This document shows positions 46,553-55,985 of a stretch of DNA of 64,000 nt, piece after piece (within the stretch, counting starts at the first letter, position 1; each line of letters opens with the position of its first letter). A program made the translations under genes and the position numbers. The DNA is from Coriobacteriia bacterium (GTDB taxonomy: Bacteria > Actinomycetota > Coriobacteriia > Anaerosomatales > PALSA-660), in NCBI GenBank assembly GCA_030651905.1, contig JAUSBS010000100.1:19892-83891 (forward strand), given 5' to 3'. The notes below the pieces were generated by a model. The model was not told the origin of the DNA. It was given only the letters and a program-made list of their open reading frames with translations, and ran no database searches.

Positions 46553-47458
46553 CTACTTGCGAGCGCTCAGTGCGTCGTTGAGATCGGTCACGGCGCGCTC
46601 GAGATCCTCTGCCGTTCGCATGGTGGTCGCCGTCGGAACACTCGTCGTGAGGAAGTGCTGCGCGTACGGGAAACACGCCGCCTCGAACGGCATCGGATCG
46701 AGCATCCCCTTGCCGAACGTGTTGGTGCACAGCGAGATGTCGTCGAGCGGCAGCTTCAGCGCGGTCGCCATCTCGCCCGGATCGAACACCAGACTGAACG
46801 GCTTCGTGCACTGCTGCAGCTCACCGCCGTAGTCGACGGAGAGGTTGCCCTCGACCCAGAGGCGCTGGTCGAGATCGGTGAGCGCGCCGTTCTTCAGGTC
46901 CGCGACCAACGCCAGGCTGTTCCCGGACTTCTCGCTCGCGACGTCCACGATGACCTCTCCGCGATACGACGTCGTGACCACCGAGTGCGACGTGCTCGGG
47001 CCGATGAAGCCTTGGCTGGGATCGTAGCTGTGGGTGTTGCTCTCATACTCATCGATGATCCAGGACAGCAGCCCGGTCTTGCAGTTCTGGGCGATCAGAT
47101 AGAACTCCACCCGGCTACCCCAGAACACGCTCGTGTGGACGTTGAAGGCGCTGACGATCGCGCACAGCCGCGGCTCGGTATCGGTGAACATGGCCGACGG
47201 GAACAGGCTGTAGTGCGGCGGCAACAGCCGTTCGGCCGCCTCCGTGTCCACGATCTCGAACGCGAGGAACACGCCGTAGGGCTCTACGACGAAACTCATG
47301 TAGGGGTTGGTGCGCGATGCCCGGTTGACGATGAAGCGCTGCAGCCGGAGCGGCAGTTTGCGAAGGAACGCGCTGCCCTGGGTCGTGGACGCGACGTCCG
47401 CCGGCACGACCAGCTTCTCGGTCGTCTTGATGTAGCGCCGAAGGTCCTGGATCCGCAT
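46553..47458 (-). CDS. hypothetical protein (possibly acetoacetate-decarboxylase-like/DUF2071 fold, weak)
   Basis: 301-aa ORF with coding-like composition. The family call is only a loose pattern impression. Confidence 0.65.
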   Translation of the reverse strand: MRIQDLRRYIKTTEKLVVPADVASTTQGSAFLRKLPLRLQRFIVNRASRTNPYMSFVVEPYGVFLAFEIVDTEAAERLLPPHYSLFPSAMFTDTEPRLCAIVSAFNVHTSVFWGSRVEFYLIAQNCKTGLLSWIIDEYESNTHSYDPSQGFIGPSTSHSVVTTSYRGEVIVDVASEKSGNSLALVADLKNGALTDLDQRLWVEGNLSVDYGGELQQCTKPFSLVFDPGEMATALKLPLDDISLCTNTFGKGMLDPMPFEAACFPYAQHFLTTSVPTATTMRTAEDLERAVTDLNDALSARK

Positions 47459-47501
47459 ATCCGCTCCTCGCTCTGTGACCTCGTCAGTGGGGTCAGGACG
47501 G

Positions 47502-47675
47502 CTACCGGTATCGGGACACGGAGACCAGATAGCCGATGGCGCCTATCACCCCGGCGACCCCGAACAGCACGGCGGCAACGACGGCCGCGATGGCCAGGAG
47601 CTGACCGGGCCTCATGCCTGCGATGCCGGTCGATCGTCCGTTGCCTTCGATAGCCTGCATCTCAATCCCCTTCAT
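47502..47675 (-). CDS. 57-aa single-TM small protein (below the ORF-track cutoff)
   Basis: Hand translation gives MKGIEMQAIEGNGRSTGIAGMRPGQLLAIAAVVAAVLFGVAGVIGAIGYLVSVSRYR. The ATG overlaps the CPBP stop (ATGA). High GC3. Confidence 0.4.
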   Translation of the reverse strand: MKGIEMQAIEGNGRSTGIAGMRPGQLLAIAAVVAAVLFGVAGVIGAIGYLVSVSRYR

Positions 47676-48550
47676 GCGGTCTCCGCGGGATCCGGAGCGT
47701 CAGCGGCTGCCCATCGGTCACTAGCATACGGCCTTCGCACTGCGCCGGGCCGGCTTGTTCGAACGATCGTCGCCACCACCCCAGCCAGCAGCGTGAGGCC
47801 CGCCCAGATCCAGTAGCGCGGCTGCGCTGCCCCGTCGGCCATCACGAGCGTGGGGAACAGGGGAACGACCGCGTTAGCCCAGCCGTGGGAGACAAGACCC
47901 GCCATGGTGCGTTTGCCGGCGGCTTCGCGCACCGCGGCGTGGAAGTAAGAGTAGCCGATCAGGAGAAGCGTGAACCCGAGGAACGGCACGAAGACCTGGG
48001 TGCTTCCCGGCATGAAGAACAACGGCAGGTGCCACACGGACCAGACCACTCCGAGCACCAGATTGCCCAGCCATGGCCCCAGTCGCTGCTCGAGCGGGTC
48101 CAGGATGTATCCGCGCCAGCCCAGCTCTTCCTGTCCGCCGCCGAGAAAGACCATCAGCAGTAGATATGGTGCGAAGGTCCACACGGCCGGCAGGAGCATC
48201 GGCAGACGCGGCGCTCCCCACAGCTCCGGCAGTATCCACGCCAGCCAGGTGGTCACACCGAGCACCAGCGGGGGTGCGAGCCACCCCCACCAGCCGAAGC
48301 GAAGATCGAGCAGGCCGCGCAGGTACTCGCGAACCGCGTCCTTGCCACGCAGTGTCCGCAGCGAGTAGAGCGCTCCCGCGGCCGGCCCGAAGACACCCAC
48401 CATGATCCACGGCGCTGTCACGGCACCAAGCAGGTCCTTGCCGAGCGGGATGATACCCACCCCCGCGAGGACCAGCGGCAGCCAGATCAGCCACGACCAG
48501 GCGAACGTGACCACGAAGAACCGGTAGGGGAACCGCTTGTCCTCTGCCAT
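47672..48550 (-). CDS. CPBP family intramembrane glutamic endopeptidase (CAAX/Abi)
   Basis: The GGGQEELGWRGY and VVWSVWHLP motifs; about 8 TM segments. Confidence 0.85.
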   Translation of the reverse strand: MAEDKRFPYRFFVVTFAWSWLIWLPLVLAGVGIIPLGKDLLGAVTAPWIMVGVFGPAAGALYSLRTLRGKDAVREYLRGLLDLRFGWWGWLAPPLVLGVTTWLAWILPELWGAPRLPMLLPAVWTFAPYLLLMVFLGGGQEELGWRGYILDPLEQRLGPWLGNLVLGVVWSVWHLPLFFMPGSTQVFVPFLGFTLLLIGYSYFHAAVREAAGKRTMAGLVSHGWANAVVPLFPTLVMADGAAQPRYWIWAGLTLLAGVVATIVRTSRPGAVRRPYASDRWAAADAPDPAETA

Positions 48551-49704
48551 CAGTCCTCCTCGCTTGGGTCGGCGAGTCCGCTTGCGCCCGCCAGCACATC
48601 CGCCTGCATGATCTCGCGCATCCTCTTCGGCTCCTCGAACAAGGGGCTGTGCGCCGACTTGGTGAACGTGTAGAAGCCCTTCACCGGCGCCTCAAGCTGC
48701 TCGAAGTAGGACTTGGCCAGCAGGTAGGAGACGGTGTAGTCGAGTTCACCGTGGATGAAGTAGACGGGCACGTCCAGCCGCGTCACCTTCTTGGTCAGGT
48801 CGGTGGCGAGCTCGGTGTTCCACAGCCGGGTGCCCGAGAAGACCTTGCCGCGCCACATACCGATCTTCTCGCCCAGCGTGTACTCCGGGCTTCGGAAGGA
48901 CTCCAGCAGCAGGCCGGTGACGATCGAGCGCATCTCGTGAGTCGTGCCGATGCCGAGCTCGTGCATCGCGACATCGCGGACCGAGCTGTACGCGTCCGGC
49001 AGCGGGACCGAGTCGCCGACCGGCGCCGCTTCCAGCTTCCGCGCCATGTCCGCGTTCCCGCTCGCCCTGTATCGCTCGAGCATGTAATCGTGAGCCAGCT
49101 GCTCGGAGCGGAGCTGGTAGGACATCTGGGCGACGGCGATGTACGAGCGGTACTTCTCCGGCGCGTGCGCGGCCGCCTGGATGCCGATGAAGGTCCCGCC
49201 CGAGTGCCCCATCAGGTAGATCTTGTCCTGGCCGAAGCGCTCGCGGAGATAGTCGGTCAGCGCCAGCGTGTCGGCCACGACCTGCTCCGCGGTCAGTGAC
49301 TCCGGTGCCATGTCGGGGCTGAACGAGAGCCCCGAGCCGCGCTGCTCCCACCAGACCACGACGAAGTCCTCGTCGAGACCCGTGGGGTAGCGCTCGGTCA
49401 GGAAGTAGTCGGGCATGCCGCCGTGGAGATAGAGTAGCACCGGTTTGCTCGCGTCCTTGCCCTTGATGAACATGCCCTGCTCGACGCCGTTGATGTCGAC
49501 GTGGATCTTCTCCGAGATGCTGCCCGGCAAAGGGTTCCCGGTGTCGTTCAAGTACGCCCTCGGTCGTCCCGGACTCAAGAGCAGCACGACGCCCACGAGA
49601 ACGACCCCTGAGGCGAGCAAGACAGAGACGGCGATCGACATGACACGCCCGGCCCTTCGCGCGAACGTTCGGACAGACGGCCCACGGCCTTCGCTGTCAA
49701 TCAT
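48550..49704 (-). CDS. alpha/beta hydrolase with N-terminal TM anchor
   Basis: LLYLHGG, the nucleophile elbow GHSGG, and the WEQRGSG pattern. ATG 49704 has GGAGA upstream. Confidence 0.85.
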   Translation of the reverse strand: MIDSEGRGPSVRTFARRAGRVMSIAVSVLLASGVVLVGVVLLLSPGRPRAYLNDTGNPLPGSISEKIHVDINGVEQGMFIKGKDASKPVLLYLHGGMPDYFLTERYPTGLDEDFVVVWWEQRGSGLSFSPDMAPESLTAEQVVADTLALTDYLRERFGQDKIYLMGHSGGTFIGIQAAAHAPEKYRSYIAVAQMSYQLRSEQLAHDYMLERYRASGNADMARKLEAAPVGDSVPLPDAYSSVRDVAMHELGIGTTHEMRSIVTGLLLESFRSPEYTLGEKIGMWRGKVFSGTRLWNTELATDLTKKVTRLDVPVYFIHGELDYTVSYLLAKSYFEQLEAPVKGFYTFTKSAHSPLFEEPKRMREIMQADVLAGASGLADPSEED

Positions 49705-49833
49705 CACCCGGTCTCCGATCGTCCGTCGAGGGCGGACCAGCCCTACGCCGCGGCGTCCGGGCTGGTCCGCACCATCACGATCCGGCCGGCCCTCGGCATT
49801 CCCGCGCTGGCTCGGGTGCGGCGCCCCGCGTTA

Positions 49834-50586
49834 CTACGCCGCGGTCTCGGTCACGGCCGGGGCCGCGGAGGCAAGCGCCTTGCGATCGAACCCCTTGGCG
49901 ATCAAGTACACGGCCAGCGCCATCTCCTGCAGTCCGATCGGGATGTTGAGCACGGTATTGACCGTCGAGAAACCGAACTCCTGCGTGAAGCCGGCGTAGA
50001 TGGTCGAAACCATGAGCATCACGATCGCAACGAGCCCCCAACCCGACAGCCAACGGGGAACGAGCCGCGACCTGTAGAGCACGACGTAGTACATGAATGC
50101 TCCAACGGCGAACGGGATCAGCACGACGAACCCATGCGCCCACTCGCGTGCCGCGAGCACCAGGTTCGACGTCGTCATGGCCGAGGACAAGCCGGCGGAG
50201 CCTGCAACCACAGCCTCTTGGCTGACGGTCAGCAGCGCAAGCAGCCCGAGAGCCCCGACCACGACGAACACGGCCTCGACCAACCTGCCGGCGACAGATC
50301 CAAGGGCCAGAGCCGGGTTGAACCTCTTGATGACCGGATACAGACCGATGGCGATGCCCGCCCCGGTCAATGCCCACACGAACTCGATGAGCGCGGTCAA
50401 CACCACCCGGGTGTCGTTCGTCGCCAACTTGGCGAGATCGACGGGGGCGACCAGCGGACCGCCCAACGGGACGATGCTCAGGATCGACGTGGCCGAGCAC
50501 AGGATGAACAGGACTCCTACCGCTATCGCGGTCCCTCGGTATGAGGGCGTGCCACTCTCTTCTGCTTGCTTTCTCTCAGTGCGCAT
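49834..50586 (-). CDS. DUF4386-like membrane protein, paralog 1
   Basis: ...YRGTAIAVGVLFILCSATSIL..., 6 TM segments, AAGGAG RBS. Confidence 0.75.
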   Translation of the reverse strand: MRTERKQAEESGTPSYRGTAIAVGVLFILCSATSILSIVPLGGPLVAPVDLAKLATNDTRVVLTALIEFVWALTGAGIAIGLYPVIKRFNPALALGSVAGRLVEAVFVVVGALGLLALLTVSQEAVVAGSAGLSSAMTTSNLVLAAREWAHGFVVLIPFAVGAFMYYVVLYRSRLVPRWLSGWGLVAIVMLMVSTIYAGFTQEFGFSTVNTVLNIPIGLQEMALAVYLIAKGFDRKALASAAPAVTETAA

Positions 50587-50887
50587 CTCGATCTCCTTCT
50601 TCTGTCGGTTGCGGGGCCGGGCCAGCTTCGAGTCGGATGACCGAGACGAGGGGCACGCCAAGGTCGCGCACCCTCTTCAGGAGTCCGTGCAGCGCGGCCT
50701 GGTCGACGACCGCGCCCGTCAGGCGCGTGACGCCGTCGTCCTCCAGCGCGATCGACATGCCTTCGAACCAGCCTGTCCACGCACTGTCCAGATGGCCTTC
50801 GACCTTGATCTCGTAGACCGCCGGCCAATCCGGATCCGTCCGCTGTCCTCGCCGCTGCGCCACTGTCGACTTCGCCCTCTCCCGCAT
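50576..50887 (-). CDS. small cytoplasmic protein of unknown function (YEIKVEGHL...QAALHGLL family)
   Basis: The pattern VYEIKVEGHLDSAWTGWFEGMSIALEDDGVTRLTGAVVDQAALHGLLKRVRDLGVPLVSV recurs in actinobacterial genomes as far as I recall. The start is uncertain. Confidence 0.6.
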   Translation of the reverse strand: MRERAKSTVAQRRGQRTDPDWPAVYEIKVEGHLDSAWTGWFEGMSIALEDDGVTRLTGAVVDQAALHGLLKRVRDLGVPLVSVIRLEAGPAPQPTEEGDRDAH

Positions 50888-50979
50888 CTTCGAGCTGCTC
50901 CGTGGCAGCTACGTGACGAGCATGCGGGCGTGCGAGGGCGCGGACATCGCACGAAGGGACTAACCGGTGGGACTAATCT

Positions 50980-53682
50980 CTACAGGAGGGGCAGGATGCC
51001 CAGCTCCCGTGCCCTTGCGACGGCCTGCGTGCGGCTGTGGGCATCCAGCTTGTCGTAGATGCTGCGCGCGTGGGCCTTGACCGTGAAGAGCGAGAGGTAC
51101 AGCCGCTCGGCGATCTCCCGGTTCGTCAGTCCGGCAGCGATGTGCTGAAGCACTTCGGCCTCGCGGTCGCTCAGGAGCTCCTTCACCTCGGAAGGGTGCG
51201 CGCTCGCGGGACCGGCCGGCGGGAAGGCCGCCAGCAGCCTCTTTGCGCCCTCCGATGCGACCCCGCGGGAAACGGCTTCCTTGAGAAGGCGGGCCATCGG
51301 CGGGCCCTCACTGACGAAGACCCTGACGTAGCCCTCCGGTTCGGCCAGGGACAGGGCGCGCTCTAGTGACTCGAGCGCCGAGGATGTCTCGCCTTGCGCC
51401 TGGTGAGCGAGTGCCTGCAACGCCAGGATCTCGATCGCGCTCCCGATCCTGCCGCCCTCTTCCGCCGCGTGCAGGAGGCGCTCCAGCAGACCCGCGGCGT
51501 CGTGGGCGGCATCGTCAACCCGCTCGCTCTCATACCGGGCGATGAGCACTCTCGCCAGTGTCACGTGTTCGAACTCGCGCAGGTAGCTGAGGTCGTCGTC
51601 GATGGAGAGGCCACGTTCGCGCGCCCACTCCAGCGCTTCGTTCACCCTGCCCTGCGCAGTCCATATCCGGGCCTTCTGAGCTGATATGGGGCGCGCCTCC
51701 GGCGCGGGAGTCCTGATGAACAGGCGTTGAGCTTCGTCCAGCAGGCTGAGAGCGCCCTCCGGGTCGGCTTGCGCCTCGTTGAGCCGAGCCTGGGCGATAC
51801 ACCAGCGGTACCGCCAGATCGGCAGCTCTCCTTGCTCGCCCAGTTCCTTGCTTCTCAGCAGGTGCTGCGCGGCAGCAGCCAGGTCACCGCTTTCGAGTTC
51901 CAGCTCAGCCAGTCCCCGATAGAGGTCGGCCGCGTCCGGAGGCAGAGGCTCGCCCTGGTCCACCGCGACCTGCATCATCCGCGCGAATGCGTCCACAGCC
52001 TCACGGAGACGACCCAGCGCTGGCCTGACGTCTGCCAGAACAGACAAGGCGCTGATCGCGGTCGCGAGGTTACCGGCTGCAAGCAGTCTCGCGCTGAAGT
52101 CGACGAAGACCCGGTCGGCGGCTTCCAGGTCGCCGCCGGCCCAGTAGGTCATCCCCATGAGCGCGGTCGCCTGTTCGCGCCTGAGGTGGTCTCCTTCGGG
52201 CAGCAGCTCGAGCACCCGCCGAGCGTGCTCCAGGGTGCCGGGCACATCACCGACGGCGAGCGCATTGTAGGCACGGACTACGGATATGGTCGCCAGCAGA
52301 GACCGAAGTTGCTCTTCGTCGGCGACGATCGTCCGTCCGCTCCGCCCGGGCTTCAGCCACCGCTCGGCATCCTTCACCCGAGCCTCGGCGGCCTCCAGTT
52401 CACCGATGCCCAGCAGTGCGCAGGCATGCCAAGCGCTGAGCACAGGCCGAGAGCGGATCGTCTCGTCCGGTAGCGCCCTGGTCCACCTGAGCCATGTGGC
52501 GGACTGAGAGGTGTCCTCCGTCATGAGCCCCTCGCGCTCGATCAGGTCTGCCGCCCGCTCGAAGTCCTTGGCCGCCAGCGCGTGTCGGATCGCGTCGCAG
52601 CGCGAACCGTTGTCCTCGTACCACTCGCTCGCCCTTCGGTGCAGAAGCGGCAGCTGATCGGGCAGTTCCTCGAGCAAGTGCGCTTGCAGGACGTCGGCGA
52701 AGAGGTGGTGATAGCGATACCACTGACGCTCATCATCGAGCGGGACGACGAACAGGTTGTCGCGCTCGAGGCGCTCGAGCATCGACTTGCCACGCTTCTG
52801 ACCGGTGACGCAATCGCACAGGGCACCGCACAACCTGTCGAGGACGGAGGTCTGCAGAAGGAAGCTGCGCGTGCGCTCTGGCTGGCGCTGCAGGACCTCC
52901 TCGACCAGGTAGTCCACCACGAAACGGTTGCTGCCGGTGAAGTCCTGGATGAAGCCAGCGGCATCCGACCGCCCCTGGATGGATAGCGCCGCCAACTGCA
53001 GTCCGGCGATCCAGCCTTCGGTGCGTGTCTCGAGGGCGGCGATGTCCTCTGCCGCCAGGTCGAGGTCCATCACCCGGTTCAGGAACTCGGCGGCTTCTTC
53101 AGGGGTGAAACGCAGATCGGCCGCGCGCAGCTCGGTCAGCTGTCCCCGAGCACGCCACCGAGCCAGGGGCAGACGTGGATCCTCCCGCGTGGCGATGACA
53201 ACGTGCAACTGTGGCGGCATGTGCTCGAGCAGGAACGCGAGGGCCTCGTCCACCCCTTCGGAGTCGACGAGATGGTAGTCGTCGAGGACGAGGACGACGC
53301 CCTGCGAGAGAGTAGCGATCTCGTTGAGCAGAGCCGTCAGCATCGCCTCGGTCGGCGGCGGCTGGGGAGTCAGGAGCATGCGCAGAACACCTTGCCCGAC
53401 GTCCGGCGCGACCGTGCGCAGAGCGGCGACGAGGTAGGCCAGGAAGCGTGCCGGATCGCTGTCCCCTTCGTCCAAGGAGAGCCAGGCGAGACGCACCTCG
53501 GGTTCAAGGCCGGCCGCCCAGTCGCTGACCACCGTGGTCTTGCCGAAACCGGCCGGGGCGCATACAAGGATCAGCCTGCTCCGCAGGCCCTCTTCCAACC
53601 GCTCGATCAGGCGGGGTCGAGGAACCGCGTTGGACCGAGGCGGCGGGACGTAGAGCTTGGTGTCGAGAATCGGCGTCGACAT
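50980..53682 (-). CDS. large ATP-dependent LuxR-family regulator (MalT/LAL type)
   Basis: N-terminal LYVPPPR...VCAPAGFGKTT (Walker A), central TPR-like region, and C-terminal LuxR HTH (LSDREAEVLQHIAAGLTNREIAERLYLSLFTVKAHARSIYDKL). Confidence 0.9.
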   Translation of the reverse strand: MSTPILDTKLYVPPPRSNAVPRPRLIERLEEGLRSRLILVCAPAGFGKTTVVSDWAAGLEPEVRLAWLSLDEGDSDPARFLAYLVAALRTVAPDVGQGVLRMLLTPQPPPTEAMLTALLNEIATLSQGVVLVLDDYHLVDSEGVDEALAFLLEHMPPQLHVVIATREDPRLPLARWRARGQLTELRAADLRFTPEEAAEFLNRVMDLDLAAEDIAALETRTEGWIAGLQLAALSIQGRSDAAGFIQDFTGSNRFVVDYLVEEVLQRQPERTRSFLLQTSVLDRLCGALCDCVTGQKRGKSMLERLERDNLFVVPLDDERQWYRYHHLFADVLQAHLLEELPDQLPLLHRRASEWYEDNGSRCDAIRHALAAKDFERAADLIEREGLMTEDTSQSATWLRWTRALPDETIRSRPVLSAWHACALLGIGELEAAEARVKDAERWLKPGRSGRTIVADEEQLRSLLATISVVRAYNALAVGDVPGTLEHARRVLELLPEGDHLRREQATALMGMTYWAGGDLEAADRVFVDFSARLLAAGNLATAISALSVLADVRPALGRLREAVDAFARMMQVAVDQGEPLPPDAADLYRGLAELELESGDLAAAAQHLLRSKELGEQGELPIWRYRWCIAQARLNEAQADPEGALSLLDEAQRLFIRTPAPEARPISAQKARIWTAQGRVNEALEWARERGLSIDDDLSYLREFEHVTLARVLIARYESERVDDAAHDAAGLLERLLHAAEEGGRIGSAIEILALQALAHQAQGETSSALESLERALSLAEPEGYVRVFVSEGPPMARLLKEAVSRGVASEGAKRLLAAFPPAGPASAHPSEVKELLSDREAEVLQHIAAGLTNREIAERLYLSLFTVKAHARSIYDKLDAHSRTQAVARARELGILPLL

Positions 53683-53747
53683 GGGGCAATCATAGGACAC
53701 GACCCCGAGAAGCAGGTGATGTTCAGTCCCGCCGAACGCATTGCGCT

Positions 53748-54440
53748 TCAGCGGCGGACCGAGACAGCTGCCTCTGCCGGCTCATCGAGTCCCTTCCCGA
53801 TCAGCCATATCGCCAGGGCCAGCTGCTGCAGGGCCAGGACCGCCATCAGGGCCGCGTACGCAGGAGTCACGACCTCGGTCAGACGGCCCATGACCAGCAG
53901 GCTCGCAACCATGGCGAGCGCAAGTCCGGCGAAGCCCCAGACCGCGAGCCACCTGGGGACCAGCCTCACCCGGTAGAGGATCCAGTAGTACATGGCGTCG
54001 CCTGCGATCAGGGCCAGCATCATCGCAACGTGGTTCATCCCGTCACGCGCGCTACGCAACAGCGACCCCAAGGTCTGGAAGTACGAGGCGACCGGAGAGC
54101 CGGCGCCAACGAACCGGGTGCTCAGGTCGAGCAGCAGCAGCAGGATGAGCGCCCCGAGCATGTTGAGGATCCCGGCCGCGATCCTGAAGCCGAGGAACCC
54201 GGCGGCCGCCGTCGGACCGTATCGCCGCAGGACCGGATGCAAGGCTATGGCCACGCCGACGTACGCGCCGGCTGTGACGAGCTGGAACAGCGCGCCGACG
54301 ATCATCCGGGTCCCATCCGCGGTCATCACGCGCAGGTAGTTGGGACCGTCAGCGGCGCCGACGATGCTCAGTACGCCGGCTGCGGTGCCGACAAGGAACA
54401 ACACGCCGGCGGTGATCGCGGCTCTTCTCGTCGAGGTCAT
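53748..54440 (-). CDS. DUF4386-like membrane protein, paralog 2
   Basis: MTSTRRAAITAGVLFLVGTAAGVLS...; same architecture as paralog 1. GGAGGATGGAGG RBS. Confidence 0.75.
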   Translation of the reverse strand: MTSTRRAAITAGVLFLVGTAAGVLSIVGAADGPNYLRVMTADGTRMIVGALFQLVTAGAYVGVAIALHPVLRRYGPTAAAGFLGFRIAAGILNMLGALILLLLLDLSTRFVGAGSPVASYFQTLGSLLRSARDGMNHVAMMLALIAGDAMYYWILYRVRLVPRWLAVWGFAGLALAMVASLLVMGRLTEVVTPAYAALMAVLALQQLALAIWLIGKGLDEPAEAAVSVRR

Positions 54441-54459
54441 GCTGCCTCCATCCTCCCCG

Positions 54460-55212
54460 TCACGCCTTGGCCGCGTTGACGATGACCGGCATCCCGCCGC
54501 GCCACGCCTTCCACACGCTCGGCTCCGTGACGAGGTCACACATGAAGTGCGCGACGTTCGCCCTGCTCGTGTCGTCGGGTTTGGCGAGGCTGCTCACGAT
54601 GCCCTCGTGCAGCGCGTACTCGGTCACGTCACTATCCACGAGCGTGTCGGGACGTATGACCACCCACCCGACGAAGGGGCTGTCCGTGCCGACGTACTCG
54701 AGCAGGAAGTCGGCGGCGTCCTGGTTGTCCTTCGCCGGAGGTACGAGTGCCCGGAGCAGGCCCGTGAGCGCCCGCTCGACACCGCCGCGGCGAGCATCGA
54801 GCGCACCGGGCCGGTAGACCGAGACGGTGCTCATGAGGATGATCCGGATGGGCTCCGTCGGCTGCAGCGCGACCGCCGCGGCGCACGCCCGCTCAACCAT
54901 CGGCGTGACGAGTTCGTGCGGAGCGCCGAAGACGCCCTTGAGGTCGTTCGTGTGGCCGAGGCAGCTGATGATCGCGTCGCAGCCGCGGACCTGCTCCAGC
55001 ATCTCCTCGGCCGAGAGCGACAGCGGTTCGGCCTCGGTGACCGTCAGCAGAGGGTTCCCGGCGACTCCCTCCGGGAGCCGACCGGCGGACCGCACGATCG
55101 CGCGGACGCGGACCCCGCGGTCCAGCAGCTGCTTCAGCACGCGGCCGCCGGTGCGCCCAGTGCCACCGAGCATCAGTACGAGGTGTTCTTCTCGAGCGGG
55201 ATTCGGGTTCAT
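54460..55212 (-). CDS. NAD(P)H-binding protein (atypical SDR/NmrA-like)
   Basis: LVLMLGGTGRTGGRVLKQLLDRG is a Rossmann motif. The ATG overlaps the XRE stop (ATGA). Confidence 0.8.
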   Translation of the reverse strand: MNPNPAREEHLVLMLGGTGRTGGRVLKQLLDRGVRVRAIVRSAGRLPEGVAGNPLLTVTEAEPLSLSAEEMLEQVRGCDAIISCLGHTNDLKGVFGAPHELVTPMVERACAAAVALQPTEPIRIILMSTVSVYRPGALDARRGGVERALTGLLRALVPPAKDNQDAADFLLEYVGTDSPFVGWVVIRPDTLVDSDVTEYALHEGIVSSLAKPDDTSRANVAHFMCDLVTEPSVWKAWRGGMPVIVNAAKA

Positions 55213-55433
55213 CTCTCTTCCTTCGGGTAGTGGAAGACGTCGTCGAGCGGTACACCGAACACGGCGGCTATCTTGAACGCCACCTCAAGAGAGGGCGAGT
55301 ATCGGCCCTGCTCGATGGCGATGATGGTCTGCCGCGTCATCTGCACGCGATCGGCCAGCTCCGCCTGGGTCATCTCGCCCGCCGCGAAGCGCAGCGCGCG
55401 GATGCTGTTGGAGACCCGCGTCGGTTTGGTCAT
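55209..55433 (-). CDS. XRE-family HTH transcriptional regulator
   Basis: IRALRFAAGEMTQAELADRVQMTRQTIIAIEQGRYSPSLEVAFKIAAVFGVPLDDVF. Confidence 0.9.
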   Translation of the reverse strand: MTKPTRVSNSIRALRFAAGEMTQAELADRVQMTRQTIIAIEQGRYSPSLEVAFKIAAVFGVPLDDVFHYPKEER

Positions 55434-55435
55434 GG

Positions 55436-55912
55436 CTAGAAGCCCCTGCGGTAGGCGACCAGCTTGGCCACCGCGGTGACGATCGCCCCGACCACGAAAG
55501 ACAGGTAGAGCGCGTTCGCGATCCAGAACTGGTCGTAGCGCAGCATCGCCAGGGCCATCACGCCGACCATCCCGGCCGACGACACGTAGTAGCCGATGAG
55601 CTCACCGCGGCGGTTGATGTCCTCGTCACGCTCGTCCTTGCGACCGATGTCGCCGACCGCGTCCTCGATCGAGCCCTCGCCCGTGATCCTGGCGTTCACA
55701 GCCGCCCCGATCGCCGTGATGATCGCCGTGATGATGGTGCCGACGATCGTCAGGACGATCAGCGAGCCGACAGCGATGAGCAATGGTCGCTGGTAGGCGA
55801 TCTCAGCCACCGGCATGGTCCCGATCCGCCCCCACACGAACGTGAAGTAGGCTCCCGCGACCAGTGCTGACACGGCCGTGCTGACCCATGTGAACTTCTC
55901 CTCGAACGACAT
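55436..55912 (-). CDS. membrane protein partnered with the XRE regulator (DUF2178-like arrangement)
   Basis: 4 TM segments. AAGGAGG RBS precedes ATG 55912. First gene of a three-gene operon. Confidence 0.7.
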   Translation of the reverse strand: MSFEEKFTWVSTAVSALVAGAYFTFVWGRIGTMPVAEIAYQRPLLIAVGSLIVLTIVGTIITAIITAIGAAVNARITGEGSIEDAVGDIGRKDERDEDINRRGELIGYYVSSAGMVGVMALAMLRYDQFWIANALYLSFVVGAIVTAVAKLVAYRRGF

Positions 55913-55924
55913 CGTGGCCTCCTT

Positions 55925-55978
55925 GATGTCAGGTTTCTTTGACATCGTCACTGTAAAGATGTCCTGACATCGTGTCAA
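55925..55978 (-). promoter_or_regulatory. promoter TTGACA-17-TACAGT with GATGTCA/TGACATC operator boxes
   Basis: On the minus strand the -35 is at 55978-55973 and the -10 at 55955-55950. Inverted repeat GATGTCA-N8-TGACATC is at 55925-55946. GATGTC-CT-GACATC (55958-55971) lies inside the spacer. Confidence 0.4.
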
Positions 55979-55985
55979 GTATTCT

